Shown here one piece after another: positions 32,041 to 41,124 of a stretch of 43,554 bases of DNA; within the stretch, counting starts at the first letter, position 1, and every line of letters starts with the position of its first letter. The notes under the pieces are model-generated. The model was not told the DNA's origin, did no database searches, and saw only the letters and a list, made by a program, of their open reading frames with translations. The position numbers and the translations under genes were made by a program. Source of the stretch: Arachnia sp. Its GTDB lineage: Bacteria; Actinomycetota; Actinomycetes; Propionibacteriales; Propionibacteriaceae. The stretch spans positions 1-43,554 of the forward strand of contig DATITN010000122.1 in NCBI GenBank assembly GCA_035467795.1. Reading direction: 5' to 3'.

Positions 32041-33327
32041 ATGGCCGCCAAAGATACGCAGGTTTTCATCTCGCGGGTCATCGGTCTCCCCTTGGTCGAC
32101 TCCGCCGGTGACCAGGTGGGCCGCGTCAAGGACGTGGTGTGCTACCTGCGCACCGACGGTCGCGCTCCGCGCGTGAAGGGACTCGTGGCGGAGCTGTTCG
32201 CCCGGGTGCGGATCTTCGTGCCCATGATCCGCGTGCACGACATCACCCCCAACCAGGTGGCCATCACCGGGCAGGTGGACGCCCGGCGCTTCCAGCGCCG
32301 CGAGGCGGAGCTCCTGGTGGCGGGCGACCTGTTCGACAGGAGCATCGAGCGGGCGCGTCCCACCCGGATCCTCGACGTGTCCATGCACATGGTGCGCAAC
32401 CGGGAATGGGAGCTGGACTCCGTGGCGTTGCGCGCGAGCGGCGGCGCGGGGCGGTTCGGCTTCGGGAGCCGCAGCGCACCCCAGCTGGTGTCGTGGCGCG
32501 AGATCCCGGACCTGATCCTGGCCAGCGGCCGCACCGCGGCCCATTTCATCGCCGAATTCTCCGACATGAAGCCGGCCGACGTCGCCAAGGAGCTCCATGA
32601 CCTCGAGCCCGAATCCCGGGCCGCCGTCGTGGACGCCCTCGACGACGAGTCACTGGCAGAGGCGATCGAGGAGCTCCCAGAGGATGAGCAGATCACCATC
32701 ATCTCCGCGCTTGACACCGAGCGGGCCGCGGACGTGCTCGGCGAGATGGACCCCGACGACGCCGCGGACCTCCTGCGCGACCTCCCCCCGGACATCGCCG
32801 AGGAACTGCTCCAGCGGATGGAGCCGGAGGAGTCCGCCGACGTGCGCCGGCTGCTGGTCTACGAGGAGTTCACCGCCGGCGGCATGATGACGCCCGAGCC
32901 GATCGTGCTGGACACCGACGCCACCGTGGCCCAGGCGCTGGCGTTCGCCCGGATGGATGCGCTCACGCCGGCGCTGGCGTCGATGGTCTTCGTCACCCGC
33001 CCGCCGCTGGAAACCCCCACCGGACGCTACGTCGGCGCGGCGCACCTGCAGCGGCTGCTGCGGGAGCCGCCCACCACCCTGGTGGCCACACTGCTGGATC
33101 AGGACCTCGATCCCTTGTCGCCCGCGGATCCGCTGGCGCAGGTCAGCCGCTTCTTCGCCACCTACAACCTGGTGGTGGCGCCCGTGGTCAACGCCGCCGG
33201 GCTGCTGGTGGGGGCCGTCACCGTCGACGATGTGCTGGACCACATGCTGCCCGACGACTGGCGCGGGGACCAGATGGACGAGGTGGAGGCCTCCGACCTC
33301 TCCGGCGTCGAGGTGAGCCATGGCTGA
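32041..33327 (+). CDS. MgtE N-terminal domain / CBS domain protein (Rv1232c-like)
   Basis: PRC-barrel-like N terminus, MDPDDAADLL, TAGGMMTPEP, GAVTVDDVLDH. No transmembrane part. Confidence 0.85.
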   Translation: MAAKDTQVFISRVIGLPLVDSAGDQVGRVKDVVCYLRTDGRAPRVKGLVAELFARVRIFVPMIRVHDITPNQVAITGQVDARRFQRREAELLVAGDLFDRSIERARPTRILDVSMHMVRNREWELDSVALRASGGAGRFGFGSRSAPQLVSWREIPDLILASGRTAAHFIAEFSDMKPADVAKELHDLEPESRAAVVDALDDESLAEAIEELPEDEQITIISALDTERAADVLGEMDPDDAADLLRDLPPDIAEELLQRMEPEESADVRRLLVYEEFTAGGMMTPEPIVLDTDATVAQALAFARMDALTPALASMVFVTRPPLETPTGRYVGAAHLQRLLREPPTTLVATLLDQDLDPLSPADPLAQVSRFFATYNLVVAPVVNAAGLLVGAVTVDDVLDHMLPDDWRGDQMDEVEASDLSGVEVSHG

Positions 33328-33838
33328 ACGCAACCCCCTGTCCCAGCCGGGCCAACGCAGCTGGCTGCCGAAGGTCTCGGTGGACTCGGAGACGTTCGGC
33401 AGCTTCGCGGAGAGCTTCGCCCGTTTCATGGGCACGGCCAAGTTCCTCGTCTACATGACCGTGTTCGTCATCGTGTGGGTGACCATCAACCTGGTGGGGC
33501 TGTTCGGCCTCAAGTGGGACCCGTACCCGTTCATCCTGCTCAACCTGTTCTTCTCCACCCAGGCCTCGTACTCGGCACCGCTGATCCTGCTGGCTCAGAA
33601 TCGGCAGGAGGTGCGCGACAAGTTGACCTTGGACGAGGACCGGCGGATCGCGGCACAGTCGCGGGCGGACATGGACTTCCTGGCCCGCGAGATCGCCTCC
33701 ATCCGGATGCATCTGGGAGAGCTCGCCACCCGCGACTTCGTGCGCGGTGAGCTGCGCACGGAGCTCCGCGAGCTGGCCGAGCACCTCGACAAGACTGCGC
33801 TGGGGAGATCCCCCTCGGATCATGAGGCGGTCAGTTGA
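33320..33838 (+). CDS. DUF1003 membrane protein
   Basis: ARFMGT, DPYPFILLNLFFSTQASYSAPLILLAQNRQ. Confidence 0.9.
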   Translation: MAERNPLSQPGQRSWLPKVSVDSETFGSFAESFARFMGTAKFLVYMTVFVIVWVTINLVGLFGLKWDPYPFILLNLFFSTQASYSAPLILLAQNRQEVRDKLTLDEDRRIAAQSRADMDFLAREIASIRMHLGELATRDFVRGELRTELRELAEHLDKTALGRSPSDHEAVS

Positions 33839-34173
33839 GCACCCGGCCCGAGATCCGGTGGTTCGGTGTCGTCCTGCTCGTGGGCCATCTGGCTCTGACG
33901 GTATTGGGCGGGATCGCGCTGTGGCGGATCGCCGGCGGCTGGTGGGTGGGCGCCGCCGTCGCGGCGCTGTTCATGGTGGGCTACCTGGCGCTGTGGAAGC
34001 AGCTGCTGGCGCCCGGCACGCGGCAGCGGCTGAACTACCGCGAGAGGCTCACGGTTGCGCTGGTCATCGGCCCCGCAGTCGTGGTGCTCGGCAGCCTGTC
34101 CGGGCTGTGGCTGCCCGCCCTGATGGCCACCAGCGTCGTCCTCCTCGGCGACGCCCTCAATGAGCGCCCCTAG
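33835..34173 (+). CDS. Small hypothetical membrane protein (about 4 TM)
   Basis: TTG start overlaps the previous stop; hydrophobic helices; fills the operon gap. Confidence 0.7.
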   Translation: MSTRPEIRWFGVVLLVGHLALTVLGGIALWRIAGGWWVGAAVAALFMVGYLALWKQLLAPGTRQRLNYRERLTVALVIGPAVVVLGSLSGLWLPALMATSVVLLGDALNERP

Positions 34174-34213
34174 ACTTGGCTCGCCAGCCTCCCCCAGCAC
34201 CCTGAAGGACATC

Positions 34214-35365
34214 GTGACCGAACACCCCCTGCTCCCCCACGTCCGCGCCGCCCTCCACGGGGTGGAGGACCCCGAGATCCGGCGTCCGATCACGGACCTC
34301 GGCATGGTCGACGACATCGCGGTCTCAGACGACGGCGCCGTGCAGGTGCGGATCCTCCTCACGGTGGTCGGCTGCCCGATGCGCTCCGAGATCATCACCC
34401 GCGTCTCGACGGCGGTCTCCGCCGTCGACGGCGTCTCGACGGTCGCGGTGGAGCTGGGGGTGATGAGCGACGAGCAGCGCGAGGCGATGCGCACCATGCT
34501 GCGCGGCGGCGAGAAGCAGCGCGTCATCCCGTTCGCCCAGCCCGGCAACCTCACCCGGGTGCTGGCCATCGCCTCCGGCAAGGGCGGCGTGGGCAAATCC
34601 TCCGTCACCGTGAACCTCGCCCTCGCCCTCGCCGCGCAGGGCCGCTCGGTGGGCATCCTCGACGCCGACATCTACGGCCACTCGATCCCGGACCTCCTCG
34701 GGCTGGGAGACGCACGGCCCACCGTCGTCGACGACATGATCCTGCCCGTGCCCGCCCTCGGGGGCCTCAAGGTGATCTCGATCGGCATGCTCAAGCCCTC
34801 GCGGGATCAGGTGGTGGCCTGGCGCGGCCCCATCCTGGACCGTGCGCTCACCCAGCTGCTCGCGGACGTCTACTGGGGGGACCTTGACTATCTCCTGCTG
34901 GACCTGCCGCCCGGCACCGGGGATGTGGCGATGTCCCTGGGCCAGAAGATCCCTGGCTCCGAGGTGATCGTGGTGACGACGCCCCAGTCCGCGGCCTCAG
35001 AGATCGCGGAGAGGGCAGGCACCATGGCGCACATCCTGGAGCAGCGGGTCATCGGCGTGGTGGAGAACATGAGCTGGATGGAGACGGTGTGCCCGCACTG
35101 CTCCGAGCCGCACCGGCTGGAGCTGTTCGGGTCAGGCGGCGGCACCCTGGTGGCCGAGGCGCTCACGGAGCGTTTCGTCTACGAGGTTCCGCTGCTGGCG
35201 CAGATCCCGTTCGACGAGACGCTGCTCGCCGGTGGCGACACAGGCCGCCCGATCGTCGAGACCCATCCGGATCACCCGGCCGCGCAGGCGATGGTGTCGC
35301 TGGCCGGCGAGGTGGCGGCCAGGAAGCGCGGATTGCTGGGCACGCGCCTGCCGCTGTCCACCTGA
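34214..35365 (+). CDS. mrp: Mrp/ApbC Fe-S cluster carrier ATPase
   Basis: N-terminal DPEI...GCP domain, SGKGGVGKS, DADIYG, WRGP, DLPPGTGD, ENMS, CPHC. GTG at 34214 behind AAGGA. Confidence 0.93.
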   Translation: MTEHPLLPHVRAALHGVEDPEIRRPITDLGMVDDIAVSDDGAVQVRILLTVVGCPMRSEIITRVSTAVSAVDGVSTVAVELGVMSDEQREAMRTMLRGGEKQRVIPFAQPGNLTRVLAIASGKGGVGKSSVTVNLALALAAQGRSVGILDADIYGHSIPDLLGLGDARPTVVDDMILPVPALGGLKVISIGMLKPSRDQVVAWRGPILDRALTQLLADVYWGDLDYLLLDLPPGTGDVAMSLGQKIPGSEVIVVTTPQSAASEIAERAGTMAHILEQRVIGVVENMSWMETVCPHCSEPHRLELFGSGGGTLVAEALTERFVYEVPLLAQIPFDETLLAGGDTGRPIVETHPDHPAAQAMVSLAGEVAARKRGLLGTRLPLST

Positions 35366-35377
35366 GGGGCGGGTGTC

Positions 35378-35788
35378 CTAGGTGGCGTCGGGGTCGAACG
35401 GGGAGCTGACCGCCGGCGCCGGGAGCGCGGGCGGCGGCTGCTGGGCAGCCTCGACGGCGGAGCCGGCCTCCTTCTCCACCTCCCGGGTGGTCTGCTTGAG
35501 GGAGGCTTCGGCGGCCTGAAGCTCGCGGCGGGCTTCGTCGAGGGCGGCGACCTCCTCGCGCATGTGCTTGGCGATGAACGTCTTGGGGTTCAGGTCGCGC
35601 AGCTCAAGGTCCGAGTAGTCCGGGCCGAGCTCGGTGCGCAGGGTGCTCTTGGCGTTGTTGGCGATGCCGCGCAGGTAGATGAACACCCTCGCCGCCTTCC
35701 GGGAATACTCCGGAAGCCGCTCGGGGCCGAACATGACGACGCCCAGCACGAGAATGAGGACGAGGTCTATCGCGTCGATGCCGAACAC
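35378..35788 (-). CDS. tatB: Sec-independent translocase TatB
   Basis: Single TM helix, FGPERLP, ELGP, DLNPKTF, FDPDAT terminus; typical position next to mrp. Confidence 0.9.
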   Translation of the reverse strand: MFGIDAIDLVLILVLGVVMFGPERLPEYSRKAARVFIYLRGIANNAKSTLRTELGPDYSDLELRDLNPKTFIAKHMREEVAALDEARRELQAAEASLKQTTREVEKEAGSAVEAAQQPPPALPAPAVSSPFDPDAT

Positions 35789-35819
35789 GTCCCCTAGGGT
35801 ACCGTCTGGACTTCGACGC

Positions 35820-37238
35820 TCAGCGCACGCCTGTCAGGCGTGCGAACCCGGTGGCGGCCCGGTCCAGCACCGTCGGCGCGAACGGCTCCTCGCCGGGGAG
35901 CTGGCTTGAGATGGCGGAGAGCAGCTCGGGGGACCCGTTCGTGGTCACCGACACCACGGCCGGCCCGGACTGCCAGAGGCTCACCGTCGGGAGCCCCGAG
36001 GCCAGATCGGTGCGGGAGGTCACCTCGTCGCCGAGAACCCCCTCCGCCCACCCGACGACGGCGGTCTCGATGCCGTCCGAGTAGACGAGGTTCATCGACG
36101 TCGCGCCGTGCCGCTCCGAGGACGAGTAGGCCACCAGAGGCAACCCACCGATCTCCTGAGGACACGTGGGTAGCCCCACGCACCATCCGGCGGTGCCGCT
36201 GGCGGTGGCCGGCTGGAGGGCGATCAGCTGGGTGAGGGAGTCCTCGTGGAACTGGGCGGTGCCGAGACTCAGCTGCGTGTAACCGACGGCGAGACTCACC
36301 TCCCCGGTGGTGTCGTATCTCTCGGCCCACAGCAGCAGACCGTTGGTCGCGTCGACCCACCAACTGGCGACGGCGCCCCCGCCGTCTGAGGCCACCAACC
36401 GAACCGCTGCCCGGCCGGCCACCTGCTCGGGCAGCACGCCCTGCGTGAAGCTCCAGCGCTCGGGGGCGGCCACTGGACGGGCGGAGAACTCCGGAAGGAA
36501 ACTGGAGCTGAACCGGTCACCCCGCGCATCCATCACCTCGAGCTGGGCACCCTGGCCCTCCACCTTGGTGGTGTGCACGTCTGCGGTGCGGTAGCGGCCT
36601 TCGCCGTTGGAGATCCAGACCCGCTGGACGCCGGTGAGGGTGAGGTCGGCCTCCGTGGATGCCCGGAGCAGTGCAGCGGCCTGTTCGGCGCCGAGCTCGT
36701 GGCCCCCGTGGGGCGAGGCCCTGCGGTCGTAGCTGGAGGACTCGCCAAGGTCTGCCCCGCGCTCGTAGGCGAGCAGCACGGCGCCCACCGCTTCGGTGAC
36801 GCTGATCGCGGAGCTGGACATGGAGTACTGCTCACGGGCGGACTTCACCGGGTCCGTCAGCCTGACCGGCGCTGGAGCCACAAGCACCGCCAGCACCACG
36901 ACGGAGACCATGACGGCCAACAGCGCAGCGCCGGATCGCACCGCGAGGCGGGTGCGGCGGCGGCGGATGGAGGGAAGGTCGCCCATCCCGGCGGCCATGT
37001 AGAGGGGGGCCTCGGAGTGCTCGCCGGCGATCGACTCGAGCTTGGCGGTCAGGGAGTCCGGCGCCGCAGAGCGGCTGCAGCCGCTGAGGGTGGTGCACAA
37101 CGTGGAGATGGCGGCCACCTCCTCGCGACAGGAGGCACAGCCCGCCAGGTGGTAGCTGACCTGTTCCCACCGCTTGGGCGCCAAGGTCCCGTCGGCGAAG
37201 GCCGACAGGTCCGGGCGGAAGCGCTCACATCGGTGCAC
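35820..37238 (-). CDS. rseA: Zinc-binding anti-sigma factor (zf-HC2) fused through a TM helix to an RseB/MucB-like domain
   Basis: LSAFADG...HLAGCASC (HxxxCxxC), basic stretch then TM helix, then EQVAGR, WVDATNGLLL, LVYSDG motifs. Directly downstream of sigE. Confidence 0.8.
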   Translation of the reverse strand: MHRCERFRPDLSAFADGTLAPKRWEQVSYHLAGCASCREEVAAISTLCTTLSGCSRSAAPDSLTAKLESIAGEHSEAPLYMAAGMGDLPSIRRRRTRLAVRSGAALLAVMVSVVVLAVLVAPAPVRLTDPVKSAREQYSMSSSAISVTEAVGAVLLAYERGADLGESSSYDRRASPHGGHELGAEQAAALLRASTEADLTLTGVQRVWISNGEGRYRTADVHTTKVEGQGAQLEVMDARGDRFSSSFLPEFSARPVAAPERWSFTQGVLPEQVAGRAAVRLVASDGGGAVASWWVDATNGLLLWAERYDTTGEVSLAVGYTQLSLGTAQFHEDSLTQLIALQPATASGTAGWCVGLPTCPQEIGGLPLVAYSSSERHGATSMNLVYSDGIETAVVGWAEGVLGDEVTSRTDLASGLPTVSLWQSGPAVVSVTTNGSPELLSAISSQLPGEEPFAPTVLDRAATGFARLTGVR

Positions 37239-37243
37239 AGAAC

Positions 37244-37840
37244 TCAGGAGACTCCGAGATACCGGCTGCGCCCTTCGCTGGGGGCGCGGTGTGCGAGCGA
37301 GTCGCGCAGCGCGGCGCGCCCGCGGGCGATGCGGCTGCGCACGGTGCCGAGCTTGATGTCCAGCACCTTGGCGATCTCCTCGTAGCTCAAGCCCTCGATG
37401 TCACACAGGACCACGGCCACGCGCTGCTCCGGGTTGAGCGAGCGCAGTGCCGCGGCAACGTCCGCGTCCAGCTGGGCGTCGTCGTGCAGTTCCGCCGGCC
37501 CGGTGGCCGCGCCCCAGACGTGCTCGGGCGCCACGCTCAGCGCGTCCATCCTGATCCGCTGGCGCCTGCGCGCCTGATCCAGGAAGAGGTTGGTGGTGAT
37601 CCGGTGCAGCCAGCCCTCGAGGGTGCCGGGCTGGAACGTGTGGATGGACTTGAACACGCGGACGAACACGTCCTGGGTGAGGTCCTCGGCATCGTGCTGA
37701 TTGCCGGTGAGGCGATACGCGAGCCGGTACACCTGCGCCGAATGATCCCTGACGAGCTCCTGCCATGTGGGCGCGGTCCACGCAGGCTCCTGGCCGGCCT
37801 TCGCCGACCGTGTGCCTTTGAACATCGCTCGCCTCTCCAT
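37244..37840 (-). CDS. sigE: ECF sigma factor SigE
   Basis: [55 protein letters not shown]. Alternative start at 37825. Confidence 0.93.
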   Translation of the reverse strand: MERRAMFKGTRSAKAGQEPAWTAPTWQELVRDHSAQVYRLAYRLTGNQHDAEDLTQDVFVRVFKSIHTFQPGTLEGWLHRITTNLFLDQARRRQRIRMDALSVAPEHVWGAATGPAELHDDAQLDADVAAALRSLNPEQRVAVVLCDIEGLSYEEIAKVLDIKLGTVRSRIARGRAALRDSLAHRAPSEGRSRYLGVS

Positions 37841-37852
37841 ACCTCTAGGGTG

Positions 37853-37878
37853 ACAGGTCCACCTGTGCGCAACCTGTG
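37853..37878 (-). promoter_or_regulatory. 11-bp-period direct repeat upstream of sigE (candidate MprA/OmpR-family site)
   Basis: ACCTGTG at 37861 and 37872, plus an inverted ACAGGT at 37853. Confidence 0.5.
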
Positions 37879-37937
37879 AGTGTGCTGCTGACTCGTGCGA
37901 CTCTAGAGGTAAACGCTCAACGGGCGCGGTTTGTTCC

Positions 37938-38840
37938 CTACGCCTCGAACCCGAGGTCCGTCAGCAGCGTCGTGTACCGGCCGAGCACGTCGTCGGCCAC
38001 GCGCCCCATCGGCGCCCGGCAGGGACCGGCGTCGAAACCACGGGCGGCGAGGGCCGCCTTGACCATCATGCAGCCCTGCGTCTCGAACACGCCCTGGAAG
38101 GCGGGCAGCGCGTACCTGTTGGCCTGGATCGCCTCCTCAACGCGGCCCGCGAGGAAGTGCTCGATGATCTCGCGCATGGCCTGCGCGGTGAAGTGCGACG
38201 AGGTGCCCACCACGCCCACTCCACCCACCGCGAGCAACGGCAGGAGGAACGCGTCGTCGCCGGCGTAATAGGCGAGGTTGGTGCGCGACAGGACTGTCGC
38301 GGAGGAGACGATGGCGCCCTTGGCGTCCTTCACGGCCCGGATCTGCGGGTGCGCGTCCAGCCGGATCAGCATGTCTTCGGGGATGGGCAGGCCCGAACGG
38401 TGCGGGATGTCGTAGAGCATCACCGGAAGGTCCGTCGCGTCGGCGACCGTCACGAAGTGGTCCTCGAGCGCGTCCTCCGGCGGCCGCGAGTAGTACGGCG
38501 TGACGACCAGCAACCCGTCGACCCCCACCGACGCGGCCTGCCTGGCGAGCTCGACGGAGTGATGCGTGGAGAAGGTGCCCACGCCCGCGATGACGCTGGC
38601 CCGGTCCCCCACCGCCGTCACCACGGCGTCCAGAACCGCGCGCTTCTCCTTGTCCGTGGTGGTGGGAGACTCCCCCGTCGTGCCGTTGATCACAAGCCCG
38701 TCGTTGCCCAGATCGTCGACGAGATGAGCCGCCAGGCGTGCCACCTGCGCGTAATCCACCTCGGATCCATCCGCTGTGAACGGCGTGACCATCGCGGTCA
38801 GGACGCGTCCGAACAAGGGCTGCATGTCGTCGTGGGTCAT
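37938..38840 (-). CDS. dapA: 4-hydroxy-tetrahydrodipicolinate synthase
   Basis: TAMVTPF, GTTGES, VTPYY, LYDIP.RS, Schiff-base Lys in AVKDA. Confidence 0.92.
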   Translation of the reverse strand: MTHDDMQPLFGRVLTAMVTPFTADGSEVDYAQVARLAAHLVDDLGNDGLVINGTTGESPTTTDKEKRAVLDAVVTAVGDRASVIAGVGTFSTHHSVELARQAASVGVDGLLVVTPYYSRPPEDALEDHFVTVADATDLPVMLYDIPHRSGLPIPEDMLIRLDAHPQIRAVKDAKGAIVSSATVLSRTNLAYYAGDDAFLLPLLAVGGVGVVGTSSHFTAQAMREIIEHFLAGRVEEAIQANRYALPAFQGVFETQGCMMVKAALAARGFDAGPCRAPMGRVADDVLGRYTTLLTDLGFEA

Positions 38841-39061
38841 CAGTCCTCCGCGATGATGAAGAGCGGGTCGTCGTCGTGGACAACGTCGCCTGCCCGGACG
38901 ACCACCTCCGTGACGGTTCCGGACACCCCGGCCAGCACCGGGATCTCCATCTTGAGGGTCTCGAGCACGACGACCGCGTCCTCTGCCTGCACCTTCTGGC
39001 CGGCTTCCACTGAGACTGAGAGCACCGTGGCGGCGATCTCGGCATTGACGACGTGACTCAT
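38840..39061 (-). CDS. Stand-alone biotin/lipoyl carrier protein (TB7.3/Rv3221c-like)
   Basis: 73 aa, VVLETLKMEIPVLA...G.V..V.V..GD.V. Its stop overlaps the dapA ATG. Confidence 0.85.
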   Translation of the reverse strand: MSHVVNAEIAATVLSVSVEAGQKVQAEDAVVVLETLKMEIPVLAGVSGTVTEVVVRAGDVVHDDDPLFIIAED

Positions 39062-39094
39062 GCGCGTCATCCTACTGGCCACTAGGCTGGGCGC

Positions 39095-39748
39095 GTGAAC
39101 ACGCCTGCCAGCCACTTGGAACCGCCCACCCCCGCCAGCTGGGAATTCGCCGAGGACCACGTGCCCCCCACCGCGGAGATCTCTGAGGCGCGCGACGAGG
39201 CCACCATCGCGGGGCTGACGCCCGTGTCGCTCGGCGTGGTGGCCGCCCTCAGGGTCCTGACGCGCGCGATCGGCGCCAAGGCCGTGGTCGAGGTCGGCAC
39301 CATGATGGGCAGCTCGGGCCTGGCCTTCCTCGGCGCCATGGGCACCGACGGCATCCTCACCTCCATCGACGTGGAGGCGGATAATCAGCTGCCCGCGCGC
39401 AAGTTCTTCACGGCCGCCGGTTTCCCGTCCTCACGGTTCCGGCTGATCGCCGGTTCGCCCATCGAGATCATGCCCAAGCTTCGCGACGGCGCCTACGACG
39501 TTGTCTTCATCAACGGTGACAAGCTGGAGTACGTGGAGTACGTCGCTGGCTCGCTGCGGCTGCTGCGTCCGGGCGGAATGCTGATCGTCCACGACGCCCT
39601 CTGGAACAACCAGGTGGCCGACGACGCATACGAATCTGACGAGTCCATCATCATCCGGGAGGCGCTGGACGCCGTGACCGCCTCGGAGGCCTACACCCAG
39701 GCCCTGCTGCCGGTGGGCAACGGCCTCCTGGTCGCCGTCAAGGACTGA
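39095..39748 (+). CDS. O-methyltransferase (Rv1220c-like)
   Basis: AKAVVEVGT, LTSID.E, LRDGAYD, LRPGG, LPVGNGLL; synteny with sigE and glgC. Confidence 0.87.
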   Translation: MNTPASHLEPPTPASWEFAEDHVPPTAEISEARDEATIAGLTPVSLGVVAALRVLTRAIGAKAVVEVGTMMGSSGLAFLGAMGTDGILTSIDVEADNQLPARKFFTAAGFPSSRFRLIAGSPIEIMPKLRDGAYDVVFINGDKLEYVEYVAGSLRLLRPGGMLIVHDALWNNQVADDAYESDESIIIREALDAVTASEAYTQALLPVGNGLLVAVKD

Positions 39749-39759
39749 CTTCAACAACG

Positions 39760-39791
39760 AACGCCCCCCGTCCGGATGGGCGGGGGGCGTT
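39760..39791. terminator. Bidirectional terminator between the convergent O-methyltransferase and glgC genes
   Basis: AACGCCCCCCGTCC-GGAT-GGGCGGGGGGCGTT with T-rich flanks on both strands. Confidence 0.8.
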
Positions 39792-39806
39792 GGTTTGCCT
39801 GTCAGG

Positions 39807-41033
39807 TCAGTCGCGCGGGACGACGACGTCCTTGCCGACCACGGTGATCCCGGCCTCCGAGACCTCAAGTCCGCGAGCGCGGTCGTGGTCCTGGTCAACC
39901 CCGATCTGGACGCCGTCGGGAACCACCGCATGCTTGTCGAGGATGGCCCTGCGCACCACGGCGTTCTTTCCGATCTGCACGGAGTCCATCAGCACGGACT
40001 CGGACACCTGTGCCCACTTGTCCACCCGGACGTTGGGGCTGAGGACGGTCCGGTCCACCTCGCCGCCCGAGATGATGCAGCCGGCGTTCACGATGGAGTC
40101 CTCGGCGCGTCCGCGCATCACGAACTTCGCCCCGGGTGCCTGCCACTGATCGGTCCAGATGGGCCAGTCGTAGTTGTACAGGTTGAACTCGGGGTTCACG
40201 CTGACCAGGTCCATGTGGGCCTCGTGGAACGCGTCGATGGTGCCCACGTCCCGCCAGTAGTTGATGTCCTTCTCGGTGGCGCCGGGCACCACGTTGTCCT
40301 TGAAGTCGTAGACCTGGGACTCGCCCTGCGCCGTGAACCAGGGGATGATGTCGCCGCCCATGTCGTGGCGGGCCGTCGGATCCTCAGCGTCCGCCCGCAG
40401 TGCCTCGACCAGCGCCTGCCGGCTGAACACGTAGTTGCCCATCGACGCGAAGGATTCCTCTGGCGAGTCGGGCAGGCCGGGGGGATCGGTGGGCTTCTCC
40501 AGGAAACTCTTGATCTTCTTGTCCGGCGCGGAGTCGATGATGCCGAAGGCCGACGCCTCGCTGCGCGGCACCCGGATGCCTGCGACGGTGGCACCGAGCC
40601 CTGAATCGATGTGGGCATCGATCATCTGCTCGATGTCCATCCGGTAGATGTTGTCCGCGCCGAACACGACGACGTAGTCCGGATCCGCGTCCCGGATGAG
40701 GTTGAGCGACTGGTAGATGGCGTCAGCGCTGCCCTGGTACCAACGGGGGCCGAGCCGTTGCTGAGCAGGCACGGGGGCGACGTAGTTGCCCAGCATCGTC
40801 GAGAAGCGCCACGTCTTGGCGATGTGGCGGTCCAGCGAGTGCGATTTGTACTGGGTGAGGACGGCGATCTGCCGAAGGTTCGAGTTGGCAAGGTTCGACA
40901 GGACGAAGTCGATCAGCCGGTACGTGCCCCCGAACGGGACAGCAGGCTTGGCCCGGTCTGCGGTGAGCGGCATCAGCCGCTTACCCTCACCGCCGGCGAG
41001 AACAATGGACAAGGTTTTCGGACGAGCGGACAT
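39807..41033 (-). CDS. glgC: Glucose-1-phosphate adenylyltransferase
   Basis: [49 protein letters not shown]. Confidence 0.97.
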   Translation of the reverse strand: MSARPKTLSIVLAGGEGKRLMPLTADRAKPAVPFGGTYRLIDFVLSNLANSNLRQIAVLTQYKSHSLDRHIAKTWRFSTMLGNYVAPVPAQQRLGPRWYQGSADAIYQSLNLIRDADPDYVVVFGADNIYRMDIEQMIDAHIDSGLGATVAGIRVPRSEASAFGIIDSAPDKKIKSFLEKPTDPPGLPDSPEESFASMGNYVFSRQALVEALRADAEDPTARHDMGGDIIPWFTAQGESQVYDFKDNVVPGATEKDINYWRDVGTIDAFHEAHMDLVSVNPEFNLYNYDWPIWTDQWQAPGAKFVMRGRAEDSIVNAGCIISGGEVDRTVLSPNVRVDKWAQVSESVLMDSVQIGKNAVVRRAILDKHAVVPDGVQIGVDQDHDRARGLEVSEAGITVVGKDVVVPRD

Positions 41034-41124
41034 GCCTTGAACCTATTGCCAAATGGAGGCCTCCGACAAGGAAATCCACCAAATGACCTCCCCCGGGCTC
41101 AACACGGTGTGACACGATGCCGTC

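Noticed and set aside
32041-33838. MgtE lacking its membrane domain as a pseudogene
   Set aside because: The ORF is intact, and a soluble MgtE-N/CBS protein followed by DUF1003 is the normal actinobacterial arrangement.
39095-39748. O-methyltransferase with FINGDK in place of the metal-binding FxDAD motif
   Set aside because: This sigE-linked subfamily is divergent at these positions; inactivity or novelty cannot be claimed without an alignment.
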